Below, piece by piece: positions 39,436 to 52,156 of a DNA stretch of 64,000 nucleotides. Position 1 is the first letter of the stretch; each line of letters starts with the position of its first letter. The DNA lies in the NCBI GenBank assembly GCA_951406725.2, contig OX597829.1:21452001-21516000 (forward strand), given 5' to 3'. The notes beneath the pieces are model-generated. The model worked only from the letters and a program-made list of their open reading frames with translations, did no database searches and was not told the origin of the DNA. Origin of the DNA: Octopus vulgaris (Eukaryota). The translations under genes and the position numbers were made by a program.

Positions 39436-39677
39436 GGGCATATGACATAGTGGTTAAGAATGAAGGCTATTAACCCCAAGATTCCGAGTTCGATTCCAGG
39501 CAGTGACCTGAATAATAATAATAATAATAATAACAACATTGAAAAATACTTTAGGAATGAGAACTCAGGTTCGAAATTTCCCCAAGACACCTGATGAAGG
39601 CTGGAGGGTATATCAGCTGAAATGTGTTAACAACAAACAAGATGAGGACAAATATCCGTCAAATGTAAATAATGTAA
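39436..39677 (+). mobile_element. tRNA-headed SINE-like element with a hammerhead-like 3' part
   Basis: A-box tgacatagtgg, B-box gagttcgattcc (39486-39497), (AAT)n linker, then acac-CTGATGA-a-ggctg...cagct-GAAA-tgtgt (39587-39627). Confidence 0.65.
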
Positions 39678-41227
39678 AATCAAGTAGTGACAACAAATCA
39701 TGTAGTGAGATTGAAAGAACTGTTTTGGTCTTGCCAAGGGCATGATAGTCTCTCTGGTGCTGGTGCAATAAAAAAATGAAGCCAGTTCACTTTGTGGAAA
39801 GGATGGTGTTGAGAAGGATATTCAGCTGTAGAAACCATACTGAAACTGAGGTATGTGAGTAAGATGTGTTCCTACAGCCTACAGTAAAAATTGGCTTGGA
39901 ACCTGATGAACTGTCCATCCCATACCAGCCTGGAAAGCAAATGTAAAATGATGAAGATGATGTATAAGATGGGACAGTTCTGGCCCCCTACTAAACCCTT
40001 ACTCCCATCACATTTAACTCTCTGCCCTTCTTTCTGGTATTAACGTTTAATACTACACTTTCCCTTTCCTTTTCCTCTCTCTCTCTTCTCTATCATTACC
40101 ACCACCTACCCTGTCCCCCACCCACACTGCTTCATCTGTTACTATCTCTACTACCATCCTTCTTGCAAGAATAAATGTTCCTTCCATCATACTCTACCTG
40201 CTACTTGAAAGCTTTTTGACCTTCAAGTTACAAGTTGTGCAAGTATCCAGTGCAATCTATATCTATATAGCAGTTGATGAATTGATTATATAAACATTCC
40301 AATGGCAAGAAAGCCTCCTGTAGTGCTGGTGTTACGAAAAACATTAAACCCAGTACTGTAAAGTAATTGATGTTAGAACAGGCATCTAACCATAGAAACC
40401 ATGCCAAAACTGAAACTCTAGAGCAAAACCAGTTACTCCAGCTCATTAGGTTTTGTTGAACAGTACTATTATAGTACATGAGGTAAAACACTGTAAATTG
40501 GATGAATGATATCGAATCAAATGACAAATATAACTATGGTGTGACCCTTCCAGTTCTTGGTAAGCCATGGCACAAGCTTTCTTTTCCTTACAAGTACATC
40601 AGCTGACCTTGCTTCTTGTCAATTAAAAAAGCTAGGGGCTGCCGTCATCTCTGTAGGCAAGATAAAAAGTAAGTCTAGTGAGATTGTGAAGATGTTGGAG
40701 TGGAGAAATGTCGATGTGTGCTATATACAAGAGGTAAAATAGGAAGAACCATTGGCCAAATTCTTCGCAATAAAGGAGCAGTGATACAATTTCTTCTGGG
40801 TGGGTAACAATTAAGTGGGTAGCAAAGTGGTTGTAAATATGATGGGAGATAATTATGATGAGACTAGCTTTAGGCATCCCAACAGCAATAGTTATCTCCT
40901 CATATGCCCCTTATTCAGGTTAACAAATAACCAAAAGGACTATCTCTTTTAGTCCCTTCCTCAGCAATAAATGACAGCAACCTCATTATCATTGCTGGTG
41001 ATGTCAACGTCCATCTTGGTAAATATCACTGAAGCTTGTGATGTCTATGTAGATTATATAGATATGACAATGAAGAAGGTATAAGACTTCCGGAGTTCTG
41101 TGATGCAATCAATCTAATAATTTGCAAAACTCACTCCAACAAAACAGCCTACCAACTCATCATCTACCAATCTGGTGAAAACATAAATCAGAAAAGTTCC
41201 ATTCTCTCCAGGAAAAAAGAATGGATA

Positions 41228-42018
41228 TCATCATCGTTTAACATCCATTTTCCATTCTGGCATGGGTTGGACAGTTTGACTGAGGTCTGGAGAGCCAGCA
41301 GCTCCACTAGGCTCCAGTCTGATCTGGCAATGTTTCTACAGCTGGATGTCCTTCATAACGCCGACCACTCCGAGAGTGTAGTGGGTGCTTTTTATGTGCC
41401 ACCGGCATGGGAGCCAGTCAGGCAGGCCTGGCATCGATCACGTTCAGATGGTGCTTTTTACGTGCCACTGACACAAGAGCCAGTCTGCGGGTACTGGCAT
41501 TGGCCATGATTGGTTGGTGCTTTTTGTGTGCCACTGGCATGGGAGCCAGTCAGGGGGCACTGGCCACAGCTATGATATTGGTTTTACTTGACTCAACAGG
41601 TCTTCTCAAGCATATCATATCACCTGATGCATCAGAGGTGTTCTTAACAGGGCCAGACATGCGTAGCTGCGATCTCAGTTTAGTTGTTGGGTCTTCTCAA
41701 TCACAGCACATCTCTAAAGGTCCCAGTCTCCTGTCATTGCCTCTGTGAGGCCCAATGTTTGAAGGTCATGCTTCACCACCTTATCCCATGCCTTCCTGAG
41801 TCTACCTCTTCCACAGGTTCCTTCTACAGTTAGGGAGTGGCACTTCCTCACATTGCTGTCTTCATTCATATGCAATACATGGCCATACCGGTGCAGTTGC
41901 CTCTCTTGCAAACCAAATTTGATGCTTCTTATGCTCAACTTTTCTTTCAGAGCACTTACACCCTGTCATGTATGCACACTGACATTACACATCCACCAGA
42001 TCATACTAGCTTCATTCA
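41228..42018 (-). mobile_element. RTE LINE 3' fragment
   Basis: ORF 41714-41938 (ERQLHRYGHVLHM...GRGRLRKAWDKVVKHDL) plus structured 3' UTR and (GAT)n tail. Confidence 0.9.
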
Positions 42019-42825
42019 ATAGGACATTGTAATTACCAAAACCTTTCTTAGTGAAGAATGCACTTCAAAGTTAGGTGGTCTGAGAGGCAAAGAATGAAAT
42101 AGAGAAAGAAGATATATTGGCTAAAAGAACATGCAGTTGGTTATAGATTTAAAGAAATTCTAATGGATGCATATAACTATCAGGAGAAAGAATTAGATAT
42201 TTATAATGACAATTGGGAATTCCTACAAGACAACTTGCTGAGGGGTACTGTATGGACATATGACTAGTGCAGGTTCCAGCCATGGGTTTGGGAACAGGGG
42301 GTGCAATGGGTGCAAGCACACCACCTAAAATTGTTTGGGGATGCATTGCATCCCCTACTTATTTTTCTTAGGTTTAGAAAACTGTGTAAAATGTAATCTG
42401 AAAAAGTATCTTGAAGTTAGGTTTCGTCTTAAAGAAGACGGAACAAAAATAAATTTTAAAAAAACATAAAAACTTGTTGGCAAAAAATTGAAATTTTGTA
42501 CACCTGTGTTTGCACCCCAGAAGTAAAGTTTGTTCGCAAGCCATTGATTCCAGTTAGACAAAAGGTGACATGATAGTCGAATGACATACTTGATAAAGTT
42601 ACTAAAATTAAGAGACAAACTTGGAAAATCTGGAAGGAATCTAAGTATCAGATATACTTAACTGGGAATGAAGAGAAAAGGAAGAGATTCACAAATATTA
42701 GGTATCATGAAGATCATAAGTAGGAGGTGTTCAAGATTGTGAGACAGTGTATGCAAGAGAACCAAGCTGTCATTGGGCAGAAGTGTATCTGAAATAATGA
42801 AGGGACATTTATTATTGCTGTTGAT

Positions 42826-43011
42826 CAGTGCTCCGCAACCAGTATGCCGTGGAACACTGGTGTGCCATGAGACAATGCTGGGTGTGCCGCAGTGTGACCT
42901 GAATATAATTGTTTTCCCTATATTTTTAGTTATATTTTTAGTTCAGGTGTGCTGCTGAATTTTGAAAAGAATATAAGTATACCACAAGTGAAAAAAGGTT
43001 GCAGAGCACTG
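42826..43011. mobile_element. hAT/Charlie-type MITE
   Basis: TIRs cagtgctccgcaacc / ggttgcagagcactg. 8-bp TSD ctgttgat / ctgtagat. Confidence 0.85.
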
Positions 43012-43270
43012 CTGTAGATCACAAAAAAGTGGCATAAAAGTGCTATAATGAGAGGTTGATGGATGACGAAAATGTGTGGGGCAAACAGAAGCTACTTTGT
43101 GTTAGTCAAACAGAGGAACTAGCAATTCAATTAGACAGCAGTACAATAGTTGATAAAGTAGTTAAGGAGACAAAGATAAGGAAAAATTACTGACTCATCA
43201 GAGATAGTTGCTGAGATACTCAAAATATCTGGCAAAGTATAAGATACAAGATGGGCACCTGAATAGCTAA

Positions 43271-43659
43271 TCAATATATATAAAGCTGAAGTTGTCTGTG
43301 TATGGCAGGTTTGGTAGCCTTCAACTAACACTATCTCCTCCGAGACCCTGGGGCACAAGTTGACCAAAATTGAGAGTATGATGGAAGAAGGCTTGCTTTT
43401 CATTCCGTAGGAGATAAAATTCAAATCGGACCATGTTAAGACCAAAAATTATTTACATCAAAAAGGTTATTTTTTTCTATGAACATCTCTATTTTTTACG
43501 ATTTTTGTCTGCTGTGTCGCCATTTTTCAGTGTATTTCAACCAGAAAAATGTTCACTTAAAGAGAATAACAAGCTACATAATGCAAAACTTTTACTTTTC
43601 AAAAATTCCAATTCTAAAGGGTTGAAACAAACCCAAGCAATGCCGGGCGATACTGCTAG
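43271..43659 (+). mobile_element. Non-autonomous Helitron
   Basis: A|TC...cccaagcaatgccgggcgatactgCTAG|T. Colinear with 23105-23497. Confidence 0.85.
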
Positions 43660-44570
43660 TCAAGTAAAACAGGAAAATGTTGTTGTCAGCGTTTGGTGTA
43701 AAAGTATCATTGTAAACTGGGAAATAGGATGCAGTTTGGCTTTAAGCCTAGAATAAGTACCACTGATGCCACTTTTCCTATTGAAGCAACCTCAGAAGTA
43801 CTTAGGTAAGAGTCAACTACTATACCTGGCATTTGTTGACTTGGAGAAGACTTTTAACAGGGTTCGATGTTCTTTGACCAGGTCATAACTAAGGGAACTT
43901 TCAGCAAATGAATGGTTTGTGAGAACTGTACAAGTTATGTACATAGATGCATTTAGTGAGAGTTGACAATGTTTTTAGTGATGGACTTAGTGTAAAGGTA
44001 GGTGGTCTGTTAAGGCTCAGTCCTCAGCTCCCTTTTATTTATCACAGCCATACAGACCATTACAGAATATTTTAAGACCAGCTGTCTCTAGAACTACTTC
44101 CTTTTAACATCCATCCATTCCTCATTCTCAATATCATCTCTTCCCACACTTTCTCTCCCTGAGCACCTTCCCTGTGCCTGCCACAAGTTATCTCCTGCTT
44201 TTCCCTGAGGTACATCTCATGACTGCCATAGGTAGGTAGGGTTGATGTTCTAAATTACACATGTAATAATTACTCATGAAGGGCACTGGTGCTGCTGCCA
44301 CATAAAAAGCACTAGCACAGGTGCCATGTAAAAAGCACTGGCACTTGTGCCATGTAAGAAGCACTGATGCTGGTGCCACATAAAAAGCATTGGTGCTAGT
44401 GTCATGTAAAGAGTACTGGTACTGGTTCCACTTAAAAAGCACCTAGTATGCCCTGTAAAGTAGTTTGCATTAGGAATAGCCATAGAAACCATGCTGAAAT
44501 ATATAATTGGAGTCTGGTGCAGCTCCTGTCAAACCGTCCAACTCATGCCAGAATGGAAAACAGATGTTAA

Positions 44571-44606
<36 letters not shown>

Positions 44607-44887
44607 GTCTAGAGACCTCATCTGTTCCTGTTATTGTACCTATTTGTACTTGTCTTTTGCATTTGCTCATTTCTGTTCCAGCAACCTTTGTTTCTGATAC
44701 AGCCAAACTGAATAATATTATGGGTGTTGAAATTCTGGTGATATTTGGTTGGTAGCTGATGAGAGGTTTGACCCTGTCTGTGTTTATTATGTGTATCTTT
44801 CCTGTTATTCCATGCATCCCTCAGTGGCAGATTACACACACACACACACACACGTGCGCACATGCACGCACACGCACACACACACAC

Positions 44888-45174
44888 TCTTTTATTCTTT
44901 TATTGGTTTCAGTCATTTGACTGCAGCCATGCTGGAGCACCTTTAATGAAACAAATCAACCCCAGGACTTATTCTTTGTAAGCCTTGTACTTATTGTATC
45001 AGTCTCTTTTGCTGAACTGCTAAGTTACTGGGACGTAAACACACCAACGCCAGTTGTCAAGCAATGGTGGAGGGGACAAACACAGACACACAAATACATA
45101 CATACACACATACATACATACATACATACATACATACATACATACATACATACATACATACATACATACATACA

Positions 45175-45246
<72 letters not shown>

Positions 45247-45433
45247 TAGATAGATAGATATGTATATACGACAGGTTTCTTTCAGTTTCCGCCTACTAAA
45301 TCTCACTCACAAGGCTTTGGTTGACCCAAGGCTTTAGTAGAAGACACTTGCCTAAGGTGCCATGCAGTGTAACTGGACCCAGAATCATATGTGTTGGGAA
45401 GTGAACTTCTTACCACACAGCCACTCCTGCACC
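44888..45433 (-). mobile_element. tRNA-derived SINE family B with an expanded internal (TACA)n/(TA)n tract
   Basis: Family B tail and head flank about 170 nt of microsatellite. Confidence 0.85.
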
Positions 45434-45440
45434 TAGGTTA

Positions 45441-45474
<34 letters not shown>

Positions 45475-45785
45475 ACATACACACACACACACATTCACAT
45501 CCTCATCATTACTATCGTTATAAGAACTGTCCAATAATAACAGATATGACATTGATGATGTAGAGTATTGCCAATACTGAATTTTAGTAAGAATATGATA
45601 TCAGGTATTACCATTGATAGCTCACTGTGAATGTATTCCCATCAACAGAAAACAGACACAGAATATAACCATTATCGCCTTCTTACCGAAGATAAGTGGC
45701 ATTAAGGTAATCTGAATTAATCTTGATGTGATATTATAAGATTAGCCAACTTTTAAGCATGTTGTTTCATTTATCATGATTGTTA

Positions 45786-46617
45786 ATACTGCCAACACCA
45801 CGACTACCACCACCACCACCACCACCACCACCACCACCACCACTTTTATTATCAATGCCACTACAACCATCACACCCATCACAGTCAGACACCCAACAAC
45901 AGCAGCAACTGCACAACACCACTTCGCCGCAACAAACCTAACCACCAACGCACTAACAAATCCCATCCCACGCACCCATCAAATCCACCTCCCTGACATC
46001 TGCACATACCCCATCACCACAACCACTATCCAAACACACCCACATGCACACCAACACAACAGTGACTATCATCAGCGCCAGTGTGGTGGTGGTGGTGGTG
46101 GTGGTGATGTTTCTGATGATGGTGGCAATGACAGCATTGGTGGTGATTCTGGCAGTGGTGAGGTGGTAGTGATGGTTGCTGGTAGTGGGTGTGGCAGCAG
46201 TGGTGGTAAGGACGGTGGTGGTGATGGTGGTTGTGGCAGTGGCAGTGGCAGCAGTGGTGGTAATGACAACAGTGGCAGTTGTAGTGGTGGTGGTGGTAGC
46301 AGTGGCTGAGGCAGAGGCAGCAGTGGCAGTTGTAGTGGTGGTGGCAGCAGTGGCAGTGGCAGCAGTGGCAGTGGTTGCAGTGGCAGTGGTGGTGGTAGTG
46401 GCAGTGGTGGTGGCGGCAGTGGCAGTTGTAGTGGTGGTGGCAGCAGTGGTGGTGGTAGTGGCAGTGGCAACAGTGGCAGTGGTTGCAGTGGCAGTGGTGG
46501 TGGTAGTGGCAGTGGCAGTGGTTGCAGCGGCAGTGGCAGTTGTAGTGGTGGTGGCAGCAGTGGCAGTGGTTGCAGCGGCAGCGGCAGTGGTGGTGGTAGT
46601 GGCAGTGGCAGCAGTGA
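45786..46617. repeat. Degenerate trinucleotide low-complexity tract: (ACC)-rich then (GGT/GCA/GTG)-rich
   Basis: Direct reading. It produces poly-T/A/V/P ORFs in several frames. Confidence 0.9.
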
Positions 46618-47150
46618 TATTATGCCCAGTGTTGCGGGAAAAACTGAGCATCAGAACTGAGGAGAATCAGAATTGTGCATTTTGGGCATGTGATGTACTT
46701 GGGGTTGACAATAAAGAAGCATTGATCGATTAGTATCTTACAGTAGCACAACCTGCATTCAAGGAAAATCCAGGAAGATGTGGAAATGATGTTGTGAAGG
46801 CTGAACTCAGGAGGATGTTGAACATCACGGACATGATGACTAAGGACCAAGATGATAGGCAAGATGCAGTCCTTGAGAAGATCCATCCAACTAAATTACC
46901 ATTCTGTGAATTAGGCTCTCAAAGCATAATGTATGCATACTCTACGTTCATAATTGGGTCCCTACCAAGTCTATACCAGATGCTTTTCTGCCCATTTTCC
47001 CCTCAACAAGATAACTGTGTCCCTTCCACCAAGCAACTTCCTATTGACATACATTCTTCATTATTATTTTGATCCCTTCTCTTGTTGGTATCCATCTCTC
47101 GTTCTTCTCCCACTTTCAACCTTTAATCCTCACCTTTTATTTACCTATCA

Positions 47151-47366
47151 TACAAGGGGCTGCTGAAAAGTTCTTGGCTTTAAGGGTATCATGAAAGGTC
47201 TGGTTAGAGGCCCAGCCTTCTGAGTTCTTTTAAAGGGCTTAGAAAAACTGATTCGCAATAAATGTGTGAATCTGAGAAGGGAATATGTTTGAATAAAATC
47301 ATAATTAACCAATCCTCCAGTATTTTCTTTAACCCAAACCCAGAAACTTTTCAGCACCCCCTTGTA
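47151..47366. mobile_element. mariner-type MITE
   Basis: TA-caaggggctgctgaaaagttc ... aaacttttcagcacccccttg-TA. Second copy at about 47716-47922. Confidence 0.85.
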
Positions 47367-47388
47367 TGTATGTGTATATATATATATC

Positions 47389-47432
<44 letters not shown>

Positions 47433-47600
47433 CATCATCATCATCATTGTTTAACGTCCGTTTTCCGAGCTAGCACAGGTTGGACGGTTCGACCGGGGTC
47501 TGGGAAGTCAGGGGCTGCACCAGGCTCCAGTCTGATCTGGCAGTGCTTCTACAGCTGGATGCCCTTCCTAACGCCAACCACTCCAAGCCTCTTTCTTTTC

Positions 47601-47922
<322 letters not shown>

Positions 47923-48193
47923 GCATCACTCTTTTATCTCCTTGTCTACTGTATACTTTATACTAGCAGGTCTATACTTTGGTTTGAACTCGAGTGTTAT
48001 TTATCATCCCAAAATTCTTGGTAAACAATTTCCATATTTTTGAGTGATAACTTTGCCAGAGAGATATTTAATGAGAACTTAATGTGGAATGTACGATCAG
48101 ATCTGAAGGAAGTGACACACAGAGATAGACAAGATCTCGGAAAAGTGATAGATAAAAGAACAGAAGAAAGGACGCAGTCATGCATTAAGTTAG

Positions 48194-48265
48194 GTGATAT
48201 TCAAGTCCTGGTGTTGTATGACAACCCAGTGATATTCAAGTCCTGGTGTTGTATGACAACCCAGT
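48194..48265. repeat. Perfect 35-bp tandem duplication
   Basis: gtgatattcaagtcctggtgttgtatgacaaccca occurs twice. Confidence 0.9.
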
Positions 48266-48310
48266 TAGTCAACATGAAGGATCTGCAACATAAAACGACT
48301 GAAACTGATA

Positions 48311-48719
48311 CTCTCTTTACTCTTTTTACTTGTTTCAGTCATTTGACTGCGGCCATGCTGGAGCACCGCCTTTAATCGAGCAAATCGACCCCGGGACTTA
48401 TTCTTTTGTAAGCCCAGTACTTATTTTATCGGTCTCTTTTTGTCGAATCGCTAAGTAACGGGGACATAAACACACCAGCATCGGTTGTCAAGCAATGCTA
48501 GGGGGACAAATACAGACACACAAACACACACACGCATATATATATATACATATATACGACGGGCTTCTTTCAGTTTCCGTCTACCAAATCCACTCACAAG
48601 GCTTTGGTCGGCCCGAGGCTATAGTAGAAGACATTTGCCCAAGGTGCCACGCAGTGGGACTGAACCCGGAATCATGTGGTTGGTAGACAAGCTACTTACC
48701 ACACACCCACTCCTGCGCC
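48311..48719 (-). mobile_element. tRNA-derived SINE family B, young full-length copy
   Basis: CpG-intact copy starting ggcgcaggagtgg on the minus strand. Closely matches the 5'-truncated copy at 59125-59468. Confidence 0.92.
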
Positions 48720-48925
48720 TATATACAAACATTTATAAAAATACAAACATTTATGATACAAACATTTATAAAAATAAATTACTCTATGGGGTGGAGAGCT
48801 GATGGGCAATTGCATCCATTTAGTCATCCATACTCTCTCTCTCCCTCTCCCTATCTCTTTCTCATTTACACATAGCCTCAGAAGCTGTCCAACCAAGCCA
48901 CTTCATGCAAAGAACTTTCTGTCAT

Positions 48926-49163
48926 TATTCTTATTTCTTTATTGCCCACAAGGGGCTAAACATAGAAGGGACAAACAAGGACAGTCAAAGGGATTAAGTC
49001 GATTACATCGACCCCAGTGCATAACTGGTACTTAATTTATCAACCCCGAAAGAATGAAAGGCAAAGTTGACCTCAGCGGAATCTGAACTCAGAACGTAAT
49101 GGCAAATGAAATACCACTAAGCATTTCACCCGGTGTGCTAATGTTTCTGCCAGCTCACCGCCT
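48926..49163 (-). mobile_element. SINE family A, full length
   Basis: Minus strand ggcggtgagctggcagaaac ... gagttcagattcc ... gggcaataaagaaataag. Confidence 0.88.
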
Positions 49164-49752
49164 TTTCTGTCACTATTCTGTAGTTCTTCATTAGATAGTC
49201 TTATCCAGGATCATCTTTTAATGATAAACATATGATGAATCAGAAGCAAATGGTTGCTCTTCTTGTTCATCCAACTTTCCATTCACTTGACTAAAGTTTT
49301 ACACAACGCAGCTCATAGCTTGTCATCCTTTTCAAAAATGTTTTAAAAGACTTCTTTCTTTGCCATGAATAGATCTCTCTCTTCTTATGTATCTATCTGT
49401 CCATCTGTCTATCTGTCTAAAAATTAGCTATCTTCTCTTACTCTTTCCATTTACCTTTTTTCCTTAAGAAACCTCTCTATTTTTGTTTTTATTTTTGCAA
49501 GTCCAAAAGAACAACCTCTTCCCATCATCATTACTTCACTCAAGCACATTTTATTCCTGTCCCTTGTCACAAGACATTCTTTACTCTTTTTCTTTTGTTT
49601 TTGCATATTTTTACTTTTTTCCTTGTTACCATCTTTGCTTATTCAATTCCTTGTTACATTTTTCCAGTTCTCCTCAAAAATCTTTTCATTGTTAACAATG
49701 GCAATACACTTCTGATTGTCACACTGGTGATCAAATTCTCATTGATGTTAAA

Positions 49753-50264
49753 TCTATATATATAAAACTGTAGTTGTGTGAGTGTCTGTCCCCTTCGATT
49801 TAGATTCCTAACTACTCCCACATTTTGCGGTGCAGTTTAACCAAATTCGGGTATCTTATAGTCGTGATTAATATCGAGCCCGTCTGAGTATTAGCGCACA
49901 TCTACGATGAGTCTACGATTTTAAAAATAATTTAACATCATTTTTTATTCCATTTTAATGCATAATTTTTCGTGTGTCGATGGCAGCGGAGTTGGCATCC
50001 ATGGTCACACCTGCACCTGTTTGCTTCTCCCCTTCTTCCCTCCCTCGTGAAGCTGTGGGGAAGGGAGTGTAAGGAAATCAACATCGTAAAGCGTTGTCAA
50101 GGAGACCAGTGTTCTTTTAGAACAACGACTTCATGGCTTGAAGACACCAAAACAGAAATGGCTAAGAAAGCCCGAATTGGCATCTATAAGGGAAGTGACT
50201 CTCTAAAAATGCTTATATAGTTATTTCCCTTACAAACCCGAGCAACGCCGGGCGATACTGCTAG
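49753..50264 (+). mobile_element. Non-autonomous Helitron (second family)
   Basis: A|TCtatatatataaaac ... cccgagcaacgccggg hairpin, cgatactg CTAG|T. Confidence 0.88.
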
Positions 50265-50614
50265 TAAGTAATAAAAGTAGAACCTATCACTACATATCAT
50301 ACCATATCACAATCCCTCTGCTGTGACTCACCACTCTCTTTCCTATGTGCTACATCCAATTGGTGTCAGTCCAACATTCTTGTTACTGTCTGTCCTCCAA
50401 GCATATTTGCCACTGTCACACTTTATCATTTAGCTTTCTATTTGTTTCAGTCATTAAACTGGGGTCATGCTGGGGCACCACCTTCAAGAATTTGGTCAAA
50501 TAAATTGACCCCAATATTTTTTTTTGAATTCTTCTACTTATTCACTTGGTCTCTCTTTTAGTAAAGTGCTAAGGTATGGGGGATGTAAACACAACACACA
50601 GAACACACACATAA

Positions 50615-50800
50615 TATATATATATATATATAGATATATTCTATATATAAATGCATGTGTACATATACATATACATATATATATGTGTGTATATATAAAT
50701 ATATATATATATATACATATACATATACATGTATATATATATGTACACACACACATATATATATATACACATATACATATATATGCATATATATATATGC

Positions 50801-50853
<53 letters not shown>

Positions 50854-50981
50854 TATATACATACATATATATACAAATATATATATGTATATGTATGTAT
50901 ATATATATATGTATATATATATATACATATATATACATATATATATACATATATATATATATATGTATATGTATGTATATA

Positions 50982-51015
<34 letters not shown>
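50615..51015. repeat. Compound (TA)/(CA) microsatellite
   Basis: Direct reading. Similar tracts at 31350-31455, 32380-32810, 33035-33370, 34850-35235, 47600-47715 and 58050-58715. Confidence 0.95.
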
Positions 51016-51018
<3 letters not shown>

Positions 51019-51207
51019 AATAATAAAAATATTAGGGAATAAATCCAAATTTACAGGGAAAAATCAGATTTAGAATTGAATCCAATTTTATAGTAAAATA
51101 TAATATAATATTAATTAGAGACAAAACCACTATTATGCAAATCAAACAAAGAAAGACTTAATCCAATACATAAAAATTTTCATATAAATTAAATATAATT
51201 AAGATAT

Positions 51208-51253
51208 CCACTACGATCGTTTCTTGTCACTTCAATGGAGATTCATCAGGTGG
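51208..51253 (-). ncRNA. Second copy of the PLE hammerhead (inverted)
   Basis: Reverse-complement copy of 52111-52156 with one stem II substitution (ucuc instead of uguc). Confidence 0.75.
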
Positions 51254-52110
51254 TTTCAAGACTAAATCTGTAGCTTGTGCAGAATCAGGTGCTCCCATAG
51301 GTATATCGAAACAATCCCTAGTATCTTTCCTAGCCCATAATTTATTTTTATATTTAATGAGCGATTTCCTAGCCATTTTAATTACATTAACTTCTTCAAA
51401 TGTCATTCCCACTTTATTCATTGCGAAAATAAGGGCCTTATTAAACACAATTTCATTAATAGAAGAATAATAATTATCTATATCTATTTGAATAAATTTA
51501 TAACGATTTTTATCTTTAATATTATTAAACCATTTCAAAGTATTGTTATTACTAAACCATAATTTTAAATAATTAAGTTTATTTCAGTTATTAGTATATT
51601 TATCTAAAATAAATTTACTTAATTTACCTAGGTCAGATTTACATGGACAAATTAATCTAACTTTAGGGTCTGAATAAAAATTATCGTTATGGTCTTTCAG
51701 AGTAATTCTGGGGTGCAAAGGTACATAAGGTTCAGTTTTATTATCCAATTCATAGTTTATCATTACTAATTTAGAGGCCTTATTAATATTATAAAGTATA
51801 CTATCTGGAACAATTTTATATTTTTTAATTATTTCTTTCTCTAAAAGTTTATCATATAATTTAACATCCAATTTATATAGATTCCTAGTTTTATCAGATT
51901 GTATTATAATACCATCCATATTTCTCATATCTTTAATTCTAATTGCTAAAATTCTTAATGACATTTGAAGAAGTTAATGTAATTAAAATGGCTAGGAAAT
52001 CGCTCATTAAATATAAAAATAAATTATGGGCTAGGAAAGATATTAGGGATTGTTTTGATATACCTATGGGAGCACCTGATTCTGCACAAGCTACAGATTT
52101 AGTCTTGAAA

Positions 52111-52156
52111 CCACCTGATGAATGTCCATTGAAGTGACAAGAAACGATCGTAGTGG
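52111..52156 (+). ncRNA. Minimal type I hammerhead ribozyme (PLE type, palindromic loop 3)
   Basis: ccac CUGAUGA a-uguc-cauugaagu-gaca-a GAAA cgauc GUA gugg. Contains the ACGATCGT palindrome. Confidence 0.82.

Larger units (their letters stand above)
40600..44095 (+). pseudogene. Old degraded RTE-clade LINE ORF (APE to RT) with nested insertions
   Basis: APE-like KSSEIVKMLEWRNVDVCYIQEVK (ORF 40557). RT-like LYLAFVDLEKTFNRV near 43820 and GSVLS-like near 44015. Many stops. Confidence 0.7.

Noticed and set aside
39436-39508. Functional tRNA gene
   Set aside because: Acceptor and T stems pair poorly and it is fused to a repeat body. Treated as a SINE head.
45742-46733. Mucin-like or Pro/Gly/Val-rich ORFs of 130-230 aa
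   Set aside because: By-products of trinucleotide low-complexity DNA open on both strands, with no splice or homology support.
50524-51048. YI/CV/HT-rich ORFs here and at 35914, 37940, 45025 and 57935-58603
   Set aside because: Microsatellite translations.
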